This document shows positions 10,672 to 20,484 of a stretch of 52,279 bases of DNA, one piece after another. Source of the DNA: an uncultured Ruficoccus sp. (GTDB taxonomy: Bacteria; Verrucomicrobiota; Verrucomicrobiia; Opitutales; Cerasicoccaceae); the NCBI GenBank assembly GCA_965140785.1, contig OZ223483.1:1-52279 (forward strand). The letters run 5' to 3'. Numbering within the stretch: position 1 is the first letter of the stretch; each line of letters begins with the position of its first letter. Position numbers and translations under genes: made by a program. The notes below the pieces were generated by a model. The model made no database searches. It saw nothing but the letters and a program-made list of their open reading frames with translations, and was not told the origin of the DNA.

Positions 10672-11717
10672 ACCAGATCCTCCTTGAATCGTGTTAACCA
10701 TTGGCGTAGCCCCCCTCCCATTATTTGTTCTTGTGCCTGCAGGACGCCGGTCCGGGCAGAATCCACCTGACCGGCTACCCAAAGCGCGACCCCTGCGTTC
10801 ATGGCGACGGTATCGGCCAGGCCGCGCGGGGCGCGGCCCGCGGCCAGTTCGTCGAGAATCTGGCGGTTGCGGGCGAGATCGCCGCCCTTCAGATCGGACA
10901 GTTCGCAAGAGTTCAAATCAAAGGTTTCCGGGAGCCAGACCTCGCTGAGGCCGTCGAGCTCCCCCGCTCCGGCCACCGTGTTGCGGGAGGCGCAAGACAT
11001 CTCATCGAGCACGCCGCCCTCAAAAAGCTCGCCATGCGCGACCAGAGCGCGCCGCGTGCCCAACTGCCGGAAAGCCTCGGCCAGCGGGCTTACCCACGGA
11101 CGGGAGAAAACGCCCATCACCTGATAGGGCGTGCGGGCCGGATTAATCAGGGGGCCGAGAATATTAAAAATGGTGTGTTTACCCTGAGCGCCCAACGCCT
11201 TACGCACCGGGGCCACGTGGGCGAAAGCCGGGTGGAAATTGGGAGCGAATAGAAAAGTGAAGTTGTGCTTCTCCAGCAGGGACCGGAGGGTGGCGTTGTC
11301 GGCCTCCAGCGGGAAACCCAGGTCGGCCACCAGGTCGGCGCTGCCGCACTTGGAGGTGATGGAGCGGTTGCCGTGCTTGACTACCGGCACGCCCAAGCTG
11401 GCCACCAGAAACGACGCCATGGTCGAGATATTCGCGCTGCCGGACTTGTCCCCACCGGTGCCGGCGAAGTCGAAAGCCTCTTCGGCCAGCGGGCCCAGCT
11501 CCGGGTCGCGGGCCAGGTCGCGGAAAGTTTTGGCGAAGCCCGCCACCTCCTGCGCGGTCTCGCCTTTCTCGTGCAGGGCAAGCAGGAGCTCTTGCCGCTC
11601 TTCCAGCGTGCCCTCCCCTGCGGCAAGCAGGCGGGCAACAGCAGCGGCTTGGTCGGCGTCCAGGCTTTTACCCAGCCGGAGCCCATCTGTTAATTCTGCG
11701 AGATAGCAGACCCCCAT
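10668..11717 (-). CDS. trpD: Anthranilate phosphoribosyltransferase
   Basis: GTGGD..NIST, KHGNRSITSKCGSAD, TIFNILGPLINP. Confidence 0.93.
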   Translation of the reverse strand: MGVCYLAELTDGLRLGKSLDADQAAAVARLLAAGEGTLEERQELLLALHEKGETAQEVAGFAKTFRDLARDPELGPLAEEAFDFAGTGGDKSGSANISTMASFLVASLGVPVVKHGNRSITSKCGSADLVADLGFPLEADNATLRSLLEKHNFTFLFAPNFHPAFAHVAPVRKALGAQGKHTIFNILGPLINPARTPYQVMGVFSRPWVSPLAEAFRQLGTRRALVAHGELFEGGVLDEMSCASRNTVAGAGELDGLSEVWLPETFDLNSCELSDLKGGDLARNRQILDELAAGRAPRGLADTVAMNAGVALWVAGQVDSARTGVLQAQEQIMGGGLRQWLTRFKEDLV

Positions 11718-11804
11718 AGTAGCAATTCCTTAAGATATCTACGTCAGTGTCCACTCCAAATTTTAGTTTGAGCGATTGGGACGTGCCTGCCATAGGCTTT
11801 GAGT

Positions 11805-12878
11805 ATGTTACGCACGCTGCCGGTTTTTCTCCTGCTGACGCTCCTGTCGGGCCTCCCCCTGCGGGCTCAATCCATGGAAGCCGGACAGCCCTCCAACACT
11901 GATCTAATGGGCGAAACAGCCTACGAAGCCCCGGCGACACCCGCCCCCGTCCCGGCGCGTAACCTGACCTACCTGGACGGGTTGATCCTGGGCGTGGTCG
12001 AGGGCGTGACCGAGTATTTGCCCATTTCCTCTACCGGCCACCTCATCCTGACCAATTACCTGCTCGGTCTGGACGCCCCCACCCCCCTGTTGGACCGGAA
12101 CGGTGCATTCATCCCCGGCAAGGAAATCGATCCGCTAACCGGGCTGCCCAAGCCCTTTACCCTCGGCGAGGCCGCCAACGCCTACTCCATCATCATCCAG
12201 GGTGGCGCCATTATTGCGGTAGTCATCCTCTACTGGAAGCGACTGTGGGGCATCGTGTTGGGGATTTTAGGCAAAAACAAAAACGGCCTGCTCCTGCTGC
12301 GCAACCTCATGACGGGCTTTCTGCCCGCCGCCGTGCTCGGCCTGCTGCTGGACGATTTTATCGAGAGCATGCTCTTCGGCGTCTGGCCGGTCATCGTGGC
12401 GCTGGTCGCGGGGGCCTTTCTCATGCTGCTGGTGGAGCGCTGGCGCAAGAACCGGCACGCCCCCGACGCTCCGGAGTCCGGCCCCGACCTGCACGAGCTT
12501 TCCCTCAAGCAGAGCCTGCTCATCGGCCTGCTCCAGTGCGTGGCCATGTGGCCGGGCACGAGCCGCTCGATGATGACGATCGTGGGCGGCTACCTGGTGG
12601 GCCTCTCCCCGGCCCGCGCCGCGGAGTTCAGCTTCCTGCTTGGACTGGTCACCCTCTCCGCCGCCGCCGGGTACAAGACCCTCAGCCTGGGCCCGCAAAT
12701 GCTGGCCGCCCTCGACCTGGGCCCGGTTATCTTCGGCATCGTGGTCGCCACCGTCGCCGCCGCCCTCGCGGTCAAGTGGCTGGTCTCCTACCTGACCCGG
12801 CACGGACTCGCCCTCTTCGCCTGGTACCGTCTCGCCCTGGCCGCTGTCGTCGCCGTGGTCATGCTGACAGCGAATTGA
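11805..12878 (+). CDS. uppP: Undecaprenyl-diphosphate phosphatase (BacA/UppP) with N-terminal extension
   Basis: GVVEGVTEYLPISSTGHL, PGTSRS, AAEFSFLL; multiple TM helices. Confidence 0.92.
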   Translation: MLRTLPVFLLLTLLSGLPLRAQSMEAGQPSNTDLMGETAYEAPATPAPVPARNLTYLDGLILGVVEGVTEYLPISSTGHLILTNYLLGLDAPTPLLDRNGAFIPGKEIDPLTGLPKPFTLGEAANAYSIIIQGGAIIAVVILYWKRLWGIVLGILGKNKNGLLLLRNLMTGFLPAAVLGLLLDDFIESMLFGVWPVIVALVAGAFLMLLVERWRKNRHAPDAPESGPDLHELSLKQSLLIGLLQCVAMWPGTSRSMMTIVGGYLVGLSPARAAEFSFLLGLVTLSAAAGYKTLSLGPQMLAALDLGPVIFGIVVATVAAALAVKWLVSYLTRHGLALFAWYRLALAAVVAVVMLTAN

Positions 12879-12892
12879 GGCCCGATGCTTTT

Positions 12893-13001
12893 TCCGGGCT
12901 TACGCAGCCCGGACCCGCGGCAAGCGAAGCTTGCATTTTCGATGCTGCGCATCGTGTCTGCGATTGCTGGAATCAGTTTCCCTGATTCCAGCAATCGCAG
13001 A
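12893..13001. repeat. Cluster of intergenic hairpins including a perfect 20-bp inverted repeat
   Basis: TCCGGGCT/AGCCCGGA, GCAAGC/GCTTGC, CGATGC/GCATCG, and TCTGCGATTGCTGGAATCAG-tttcc-CTGATTCCAGCAATCGCAGA (12957-13001). Confidence 0.8.
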
Positions 13002-13186
13002 GCAAAGCATCAAAACGGGGCTACCTGCTTAAAGATCGTGTACCGATTGTGGACAGGAGCCTTTCCGACTCGGAAGGGCAAATCCATCCTTTAATCTCCG
13101 GTAAAGACCCCGCAGTAGCCCCTTCCCTCCGCTCGGAGAGGAGGCAACACGATCCGTAGGATCGAGGGTGCAGAGCTGGCCCTTAC

Positions 13187-14641
13187 TTAGTCCACGGTCG
13201 CGGGGCGATCGACCTCGTAAATCCAGGTAGGGTCGTTCAGGTAGAGCCGTCCGAAACTGGGCGAAGAGCCGTTCTGGAGGCGAAAAAGCGAATCCAGCAG
13301 CAAGGGCGCTTCCATCGGTTCATTTAGCTCGAAGCGGACGTAGTTCCAGCCTTTCCACGTGATCGGTTCGCCCGGGCAGCTTACCTTGCGGCCGGTACGG
13401 TCCATGATCACCACAGAAGGAACCAGCCCGGAACCGTCTCCGTAAACCCACATCCCCAGGGCCACCGGCATCGCGTTGATGACGCGAAAGCTCTCCGCGA
13501 CCGGGTTAACCGCGACAGCGCCGCCGCCCTTTTTGAATTGGTAGAGCAACTCCATGCCGCCCTTGCGTACCGTAGGCAGGCCCTCTTGCGGAGCCCCGGC
13601 GCTCAGGGATAGCGTGGCATCCGGAGAAGCCGACGCGCGGTAGGCGGTCAGTTTACCCTCCGTGTCCACGGCATTGAAATTGCCGCCGGGCAGGAACTGG
13701 GTTAGGGGCGACTCAGCCAGGACTATCTTGCGCGCCCCCAGGCCCGCGCCGAGAGTATCGAGCAGCACGACCTGCATGGCGTAGGGGATGTCTTCGTCCG
13801 AGGCCAGCGGGATTTGAAAATCCATCGTCTTCTGCCCGCGCTTCATCGCGACCTCAAACTCGAGCGGGTCAGTCACCGGGTCGGTCTGCAGCCGCAGCTC
13901 GGCCTTGGCCCGGAAAGCTTCACCCGAGGAATTAAGAAAGCTCAGCACCAGCGCCCCGCCCACATCCGGCGAGAGCGAAATATCGATCGGGTTCATGGCC
14001 TCAACTATAATTCGCTGGTTATAACCGTTTGCGCCGATCTCGACGGAGAACGGGGTGGCCTGACGGCCCATGTCGAGCTCATTCTGGACGACGTAGCTCT
14101 CCCCGGGCCGCAGGGCGTACATCCGGGTAGCGTTATCAAGCGAGAGCAGAAAGTCCTGATCGGTCACATTGGTAAAGCGCACCGACAAGGGTACCGTCGT
14201 CGGGCCTTTGACCTGGATGCTGGGCGGCACCCGCGTAGCCGCAGCGGCAATCTCCAACATCGGGTTTTTGCCCTCAGGCACGAGAAAGACCGGCGAACGT
14301 GACAGAGGCAAGAGGACCGCGTTGTTGGGAGCATCCATCTGTCCCATCGCCTGGCCGTCGCTATCGTAGAGGGTGAACATCGTACGGCTGACCGGGATCG
14401 CCACCGTCCCGTCCGAGCCATCGGTCCACCCGGCGATGAGGATGTCCTCTCCCTGCTGAAACAGCAGTACGTGGTCGGTCTGTTCGCCGATTGCCAGGCG
14501 TTTGTTGAATTTAAAGCCCGGCAGAAACTTGTTGATCGCCTCGGCCACGACGATCTCGGGGCTCTGGCTGGCAGCCGGCTGAGCGGAAGCGGGCAGCAGG
14601 GACAGAAAAAGGAGGGGCAAGAATAAGAGGAACCTGGGCAT
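13187..14641 (-). CDS. Secreted hypothetical protein with C-terminal galactose-binding-like/CBM-like module
   Basis: Signal peptide MPRFLLFLPLLFLSLLPASA; C-terminal LGMWVYGDGSG...ITWKGWNYVRF pattern. Confidence 0.7.
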   Translation of the reverse strand: MPRFLLFLPLLFLSLLPASAQPAASQSPEIVVAEAINKFLPGFKFNKRLAIGEQTDHVLLFQQGEDILIAGWTDGSDGTVAIPVSRTMFTLYDSDGQAMGQMDAPNNAVLLPLSRSPVFLVPEGKNPMLEIAAAATRVPPSIQVKGPTTVPLSVRFTNVTDQDFLLSLDNATRMYALRPGESYVVQNELDMGRQATPFSVEIGANGYNQRIIVEAMNPIDISLSPDVGGALVLSFLNSSGEAFRAKAELRLQTDPVTDPLEFEVAMKRGQKTMDFQIPLASDEDIPYAMQVVLLDTLGAGLGARKIVLAESPLTQFLPGGNFNAVDTEGKLTAYRASASPDATLSLSAGAPQEGLPTVRKGGMELLYQFKKGGGAVAVNPVAESFRVINAMPVALGMWVYGDGSGLVPSVVIMDRTGRKVSCPGEPITWKGWNYVRFELNEPMEAPLLLDSLFRLQNGSSPSFGRLYLNDPTWIYEVDRPATVD

Positions 14642-14865
14642 TTTAGAGAGTATATCAGTATGGGGCGTAAGCCTGCCGTAAAAAAACCCCGGCGGCACGC
14701 CTGTTTTTCAAAACCCGGCAAGTGTGGAGGGATTGCTGGCGTTTGTCCAGCCATGGCGATGGCTTCGGCGCAGGGCAGGATTTCACCAGCCTGGAACGCC
14801 ATGTGCTTGAGAGTGCGTAAATAGCGTTGTCATCTCCCGGCAAATACGCTCAGACTTTCCCCGCC

Positions 14866-15168
14866 ATGATCGATCTTATTAAAAAAGGAATGCTCGCAGC
14901 CGTCGGCGCTGCCGTCGTCACCAAAGAACAGGCCGAAGGCCTCCTAAACGAGTTCGTCGAAAAGGGTAAAATCACCGCGGGCGAAGCCCAGGAGATGGCC
15001 TCCAAGATCGCCGACTCCGGTAAAAAAGAATTCGAGAAGGCCAAAAAGGAGGTCAACAGCCGCATCGACGAAATGCTCCAGGGCGGTGTCATCGTCACCC
15101 GCGTCGAAATCGAAGCGCTCGAAAAACGCGTGGCCGCGCTGGAAAAAGCCGCCCAAAAGGCTGACTAA
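14866..15168 (+). CDS. Phasin-like (PHA granule-associated family) small helical protein
   Basis: LIKKGMLAAVGAAVVTKE...FVEKGKIT...EIEALEKRVAALE; commonly paired with a downstream ABC1 kinase. Confidence 0.7.
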   Translation: MIDLIKKGMLAAVGAAVVTKEQAEGLLNEFVEKGKITAGEAQEMASKIADSGKKEFEKAKKEVNSRIDEMLQGGVIVTRVEIEALEKRVAALEKAAQKAD

Positions 15169-15180
15169 TCCCGCACGCAC

Positions 15181-16857
15181 GTGTCTCTCAATCCCCTCGA
15201 TCTTCTCAGCAACGCCGTCCGAGCCAAGGAAATCGTATCCGTCCTGGTCCGGCACGGGTTCGGTGACCTACTTGAGCAGCTGGGCATGCCCCGCGGCTGG
15301 ATCAGGCGCCTCATCCCCGAGGACGCCCAGCACCTCAACCTGTGGCAGCGCATCCGCGTCGTACTGGAGGACCTCGGTCCGACCTTTGTCAAGTTCGGCC
15401 AGATACTGAGCACCCGGCCGGACGTGCTTCCCGAGCCGCTCATCGCCGAACTCAAGCTTCTGCGCTCCAAGGTCAAGGCGGTGCCCTTCGAACAGATTCG
15501 CCCGGTCCTGATGACCGAGCTCAAGGATCCGCCCGAGACGCACTTCGCGGAATTCGACGAAACCCCGGTCGCCTGTGGCTCGATCGGCCAGGTCTACAAG
15601 GCCAAGCTGCGTAAGGACGGCTCGATCGTGGCGGTCAAAATCCAGCGGCCCAACCTGAAGAAACCGATCAAGGCCGACATCGAGATCATCGGCTGGCTGG
15701 CCCGCCAGCTCCATGAAAAGGTCGAGGAGCTGCGCCCCTACGACCTGCCCGAGATCGTGACGGAAACCGGCAAGGGCATGATGCAGGAGCTCGACTTCGG
15801 CATCGAGTGTCGCAACGCGCAGCTGTTCAACGCGCTCAACCCCGATAAGGAGCACGTCTTCGCCCCCCGCGTTTACGACGAGTTCACCACCGCGCGTATG
15901 AGCGTGTGCGAGTGGGTCGAGGGTGTCTTCCCCGGCGACCCCTCCATCACTCCCGAGGAGGGTAAGGAGCTCGCCCGCATCGGCGGCAACAGCGTCTTTC
16001 ACCAAATCGTCATCAGCGGCTTTTTCCACGCCGACCCGCACGGCGGCAACATTCTCATCACCCCCGACCGGCGCATCTGCTTCATCGACTGGGGGCTGGC
16101 CGGGCAACTGACCCGCCAGATGCGTTACTTCCTGGCTGACCTTTTCGCCGCCATCGCCTCCTCCGATCCAGAGAAGGTCGTGCGCGTAGTCAACGTCATG
16201 GCCGTGGGCAAGGACCGTCTCGACGAGGCCAAACTGGAGAAGGAGGTCGGATTCGTCCTGCGCAAGTACCAGAACAAGTTCGGCAAGAGCGAACCGGTGG
16301 GCGAGATCGTGCTGGAACTGCTCTACGTCTTCGGGCTCAACGGCATCACCCTGGCCCGCGACTACTCCCTGCTGGCCAAGGCCATCGTCTCTATCGAGGA
16401 GTCCGGCCTGGATCTCGATCCGGACTTCGACATCCGCACCATCGCCCGCCCCTACCTGAAAAAGCTCAGCTATGAGCGCTGGAACCCGGCCAACCTGCTC
16501 AAACAGAACTGGTGGGGGCTCAAGAGCCACTTCGCCCGTCTGCGCGAGTTACCGGGAGAGGTCCAACGCTTCTTCCGCAAGCTGGAGGACGGCGACATCT
16601 CGATCCGACTGCGGCATGAGGGCTTCGAGGCGCTGATCAGTTCCTTCGACTCGGGCATCAACCGCCTGTCCTTTTCGCTCATCATTGCCGCCCTCCTCAT
16701 CGGTTCGTCCTTCATCATTTCGGGGACCATCCAGGCCGGCAACATCACCGGCGGGTTATTGGTTCATATAGCGACCCTGGGCTTTATCGGCGCGGGCGTC
16801 CTCGGCGCCTGGCTGCTCTTCGATATTATCCGCCACGGGCGACATAAAAAGAAGTAG
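15181..16857 (+). CDS. ABC1/AarF/UbiB-family atypical kinase
   Basis: LGPTFVKFGQILSTRPD, ACGSIGQVYKA, VAVKIQRP, FFHADPHGGN, FIDWG; two C-terminal TM helices. Confidence 0.92.
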   Translation: MSLNPLDLLSNAVRAKEIVSVLVRHGFGDLLEQLGMPRGWIRRLIPEDAQHLNLWQRIRVVLEDLGPTFVKFGQILSTRPDVLPEPLIAELKLLRSKVKAVPFEQIRPVLMTELKDPPETHFAEFDETPVACGSIGQVYKAKLRKDGSIVAVKIQRPNLKKPIKADIEIIGWLARQLHEKVEELRPYDLPEIVTETGKGMMQELDFGIECRNAQLFNALNPDKEHVFAPRVYDEFTTARMSVCEWVEGVFPGDPSITPEEGKELARIGGNSVFHQIVISGFFHADPHGGNILITPDRRICFIDWGLAGQLTRQMRYFLADLFAAIASSDPEKVVRVVNVMAVGKDRLDEAKLEKEVGFVLRKYQNKFGKSEPVGEIVLELLYVFGLNGITLARDYSLLAKAIVSIEESGLDLDPDFDIRTIARPYLKKLSYERWNPANLLKQNWWGLKSHFARLRELPGEVQRFFRKLEDGDISIRLRHEGFEALISSFDSGINRLSFSLIIAALLIGSSFIISGTIQAGNITGGLLVHIATLGFIGAGVLGAWLLFDIIRHGRHKKK

Positions 16858-16977
16858 GCGGATTGCGCCACTCCTCAAAAAATGGTGGGTTGGCTGAGAA
16901 CCTTGGGCAGTTCAGCAATACCTTTTGTCAGTTAATCAGAGGCCTTTCGCGGGTTTTTTGGACCTTGCCGAGAACCC

Positions 16978-17667
16978 TCACTCCACCGGCTTCATGCCTT
17001 CGAGCATGGCGCTCAGCTCGGGCGATTCCTGGACCCACGCCTGGCATTCGCGCAGGTGAGTGATCATCTCCAGCGGCGTGCCCGGCGAACGGCTTAGCAC
17101 CGCGATTCCCTCCGGCACGAAGCGCAGGTACCAATCGCGGCTATCTATCGTAATGGTCAGCGTGGAGCAGTCCTCGGGGTAATCGAGCTCGACATGGTCG
17201 GGCTCTGCTTCCTCCACGGTGTCGATCAGGTCTTCGATCCGGTACGAGGCTTCAAGTGTGATCCGCACCTCGTCGAAGTGCCGGAATAGAATCGTCTGCA
17301 AGCCCGGATCGCGCAACGCCTCGGGGTTTTTGATACTGCCGAGCTGGTAGGTGATCACATAGGATTGCCGGTCGCTCTCGTCCTGGGCGTACGAGATAGC
17401 GAGGTCGAAATCCTTGGTTGTGATGAGTGCGTTGGCTCCCTCGCAGGCGAAGGTCAGTTCCTTGCGTTTGTAGCCGAAGTTCTTCTTCAACTGGTCCCGG
17501 AGTGCATTCGCCTCTTCGGCCAGGTCGTCCTCCGCGATTCGCGCGACGAACTCCCGTGTCCGGTCACTGACGGAGTCGGGAATCCGGTGGACGCCCTTGC
17601 GAAACCCGCTCAGGTCCCGCACCCGTCCTCCGACGTGTCCGAACAGGTCAATGCTCCGGAATTTCAT
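16978..17667 (-). CDS. Hypothetical protein (229 aa)
   Basis: ATG-started ORF with globular composition; no motif assigned with confidence. Confidence 0.65.
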   Translation of the reverse strand: MKFRSIDLFGHVGGRVRDLSGFRKGVHRIPDSVSDRTREFVARIAEDDLAEEANALRDQLKKNFGYKRKELTFACEGANALITTKDFDLAISYAQDESDRQSYVITYQLGSIKNPEALRDPGLQTILFRHFDEVRITLEASYRIEDLIDTVEEAEPDHVELDYPEDCSTLTITIDSRDWYLRFVPEGIAVLSRSPGTPLEMITHLRECQAWVQESPELSAMLEGMKPVE

Positions 17668-17750
17668 GCCGCGTACGTTACAAGCCTCCGCCCGCGGATC
17701 AACCCTGTTTCATTTTCCGGGCACTTTCCCCTAACACAGCCTCCCGGCCC

Positions 17751-19067
17751 TCACTCCCAAGCCATCAACGGGCGGAGAACCTCGGTCACCATCCCGGCGT
17801 GACAGTCGCGGCCATGCCCGGCAGCCACGGCGTACACGCTGCGAGCAGAGAAGCCCTGTTCGCGCCCGTCGGGAAAGGCCAGACGTGCCAGACGGAAGTA
17901 CCCCAGCGCCATATCACCAGCGCGGGTAGCCAGACGCTCGTTCCCGGCGATTTCCGCCGCCAGGCCGAGCAGGATCGGGTTGTGCTGGCGGGGCATGCCG
18001 TCTTCGTACCAGAAGGGCAGGTCCACGCGCTTGCCCACACCGGGCGGGCGCTTCTGGCGGAAGAGCGAAGCGTCCACCCCGAGCGTTTCGATCCAGTACG
18101 GGAAACCGTCCTCGGCGGCATGCAGCACGGCCCGGTCAAAACGCGGGCAGCCGGTCAGGTTGCGGTACTGGCGGATCACACCCGCCAGTGCCCCGGCCTC
18201 CGGGTCGGCCAGTTCGGGCAGCAGGGTTTCGATCAGCCGCTCAGCGGCGTAGAGAAAAGTCCCGTCCTCACGCAGTTGCCAAAGCTTGAGCAGCGCCCCG
18301 ATGGCGTCGGCGGCCAGAAACGCCTCCGCCCGCGCCAGCGGCGAATCCTCCACCGGCACATCGCCGAGTAACTGCCGGGTCTGGCACAGAGCCGCTGTTT
18401 CCTTAAAGACCGGTCCGGACGGCGAGAGAGCCAGCGGCAGGGATTTGCCCGAGAGAATGGCATCGGCCCAGCAGCAGCCGTGCAGCGAGGCGATCTCCAG
18501 ATAGCGGTCCCCCCCGCCCATCCGGTAGGCCTGGAGAGCGAGATTGACGCCGTGAAAGTGCGCCGGAACATTCAGCCCGCCGGGCGCTTGCCCGACTTCG
18601 CCCGTGCCGAGGACGACGGAGCGAAACAGCCCGCTCTCGCCGTCAAACCAGGCCGGGACGGTCTTCGTCGGAGTGAAAAGGTGTTCGGCGGCGTCGAGAA
18701 ACTGCCGTGCGGTTTCGCCATCCTGCGGGTCGAGCCGCCACAGCTCCCATAAAAAACGCTCAAAGTGCGCCGTGCCGCGGTCCACCTCCGCCCGCTGCCA
18801 CGTGCCATGCTCCCACAATCCGGTACGGGTGCAGTGCCGCGCCACCGTGTCGCGCACCTGTCGGGCCCAGGCCATCAGCGGGTGCGTCGGCTTGAGAGCG
18901 AGCACCGACATCCACCCGGTCAGAAAAAGCGCCTGGTCCCAGCCCGCCATCGGCGGCGCTCCGGCGTACGCGTCCCGGCAATGCAATGCCCACCGCTCCA
19001 CCTCTTCCCGGAACGTCGCTACGGCGACCGCAAGGCGGGGGCTTTTGCGCAGTCGGTGGTGGTGCAT
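17751..19067 (-). CDS. Hypothetical protein, possibly an alpha/alpha-toroid (glycosidase-like) fold
   Basis: 438-aa helical ORF (GGDRYLEIA, DGTFLYAAERL patterns); start codon uncertain. Confidence 0.55.
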   Translation of the reverse strand: MHHHRLRKSPRLAVAVATFREEVERWALHCRDAYAGAPPMAGWDQALFLTGWMSVLALKPTHPLMAWARQVRDTVARHCTRTGLWEHGTWQRAEVDRGTAHFERFLWELWRLDPQDGETARQFLDAAEHLFTPTKTVPAWFDGESGLFRSVVLGTGEVGQAPGGLNVPAHFHGVNLALQAYRMGGGDRYLEIASLHGCCWADAILSGKSLPLALSPSGPVFKETAALCQTRQLLGDVPVEDSPLARAEAFLAADAIGALLKLWQLREDGTFLYAAERLIETLLPELADPEAGALAGVIRQYRNLTGCPRFDRAVLHAAEDGFPYWIETLGVDASLFRQKRPPGVGKRVDLPFWYEDGMPRQHNPILLGLAAEIAGNERLATRAGDMALGYFRLARLAFPDGREQGFSARSVYAVAAGHGRDCHAGMVTEVLRPLMAWE

Positions 19068-19207
19068 CGAAAAACCAGGGGAAAGGTGCAGTCATTCCAT
19101 AGGGGAAAACGCCCCTGTCGTGCGAGCCGGAAAACCGCCCGTGCGCGATTAGTCGTTCGCCTCTGCCAATACGCCTCAGCGACTCTTGCGTGGCGAACAC
19201 GGGCTCG

Positions 19208-19798
19208 TCAGAGATGGTAGGCAACTTTGGTCCCGGAGATGGTGATCTTCTTCTCGCGCTCAAGTGCCTGTAGGACCGCTTCGAGCTCCTTCTCGGACAA
19301 TGCCTTCATGAAATACGAATGGACCGAGTTGCGGAGAGTCTTGACCAGCCGGGGACGGGAGGCCCCCAGCCCTTTCAGGCGCTGGGCGCAGACTTCGGCC
19401 CGTTCCGAGACGGACATTGGCTGAGCCGCCTTCAGAAAAGGCAGGTCACAGACGGATTCCGAACGCCGGATAAAGATTTTACGCTCCTTAAGGTGCCGAA
19501 TCAGCGGATCGAAGCCCGTGTCCTTGGAAATAATGTGAAAAAACCCATCGGGGTCGGCGGCGGACAGCCGACCGATGTAGTAGGCAATGTGGAAGTCCAG
19601 CGAGTTCCTCCCGCTGCCGGCCATTTTCACGTATTCGGCCCGCCCGCCCATCTGCTGTAACTCGGTGGCCACGGCGACGGAGATCTTCGCCTGGTTGGCA
19701 CCGACAAAAACCATGATCTTGACATGATCAAGGTTCAGAGCCTGAAGCGAATCCGGCTGCACATTTTCGAAGTCGATGAGCACGTAATTCGTCTTCAT
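19208..19798 (-). CDS. PIN/NYN-like domain protein
   Basis: YVLIDFENVQ, GRNSLDFHIAYYIG, IISKDTGFDPL acidic motifs plus a small C-terminal domain. Confidence 0.85.
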   Translation of the reverse strand: MKTNYVLIDFENVQPDSLQALNLDHVKIMVFVGANQAKISVAVATELQQMGGRAEYVKMAGSGRNSLDFHIAYYIGRLSAADPDGFFHIISKDTGFDPLIRHLKERKIFIRRSESVCDLPFLKAAQPMSVSERAEVCAQRLKGLGASRPRLVKTLRNSVHSYFMKALSEKELEAVLQALEREKKITISGTKVAYHL

Positions 19799-19859
19799 GA
19801 TATCCCCTGTTCCAGGATGTTCAAGGACCACGGACGGCCAAAGCGGGTATGAATACCCG

Positions 19860-20231
19860 CTAAATATGCCGCGAGTCGGCCTCGTCCTTGGAGCTGTAGC
19901 CGCTGTCTTGGCGGTTGTGGTTTACCTTGTTTTTCTTGGCGTAGGCGTCGTAAACATCCTGCGCGCTCATGCCCAGGACTTGGGCGAGCGAGACGAGAAA
20001 GTGGAACAGGTCCACCACTTCGACCCGGGCGTTCTGCTCGTCGAACTTCTGGTACTTGGCCCACCATTTCCACGGCACCGAGTCGATCAGCTCGGCGGTT
20101 TCCTGCTGGAGGGCGCGGGTGTAGTTGAGCACCCACTCGGCCTTGCCCTTCTCGTCGAGGACGCCGGTGTCCACGCCGATGCGCTTGTTGAGTTCGTCCT
20201 GGAGCCGGAAGATTTCCTCGAGTTTATCCAT
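19860..20231 (-). CDS. Dimeric all-alpha dUTPase / NTP pyrophosphatase
   Basis: QETAELIDSVPWKWW, EVVDLFHF, KNKVNHNRQDSGY. Confidence 0.85.
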   Translation of the reverse strand: MDKLEEIFRLQDELNKRIGVDTGVLDEKGKAEWVLNYTRALQQETAELIDSVPWKWWAKYQKFDEQNARVEVVDLFHFLVSLAQVLGMSAQDVYDAYAKKNKVNHNRQDSGYSSKDEADSRHI

Positions 20232-20484
20232 GCCCCACCCATAGCGGATCGCTCCCCGGCGGCAAGCGCATTTCCCCCTCTTTCGCCCGCCGCCCCCGCG
20301 CCGGCCCAAAAATTGGCTTGAGCTTGAGCCGGAATTCTACAGCGTCGCATTACGAGGTAACAAAGCAACCGGTCCTCACCGGCTCTTATCGTAGTGGCAA
20401 AACAGATTGCCCTCCCTCGATGTCCGCCCCGGGCGCCCAACCAAACCTGTGCCTGCCGGGCTATTCACAGAACCCAAGCTAAAC

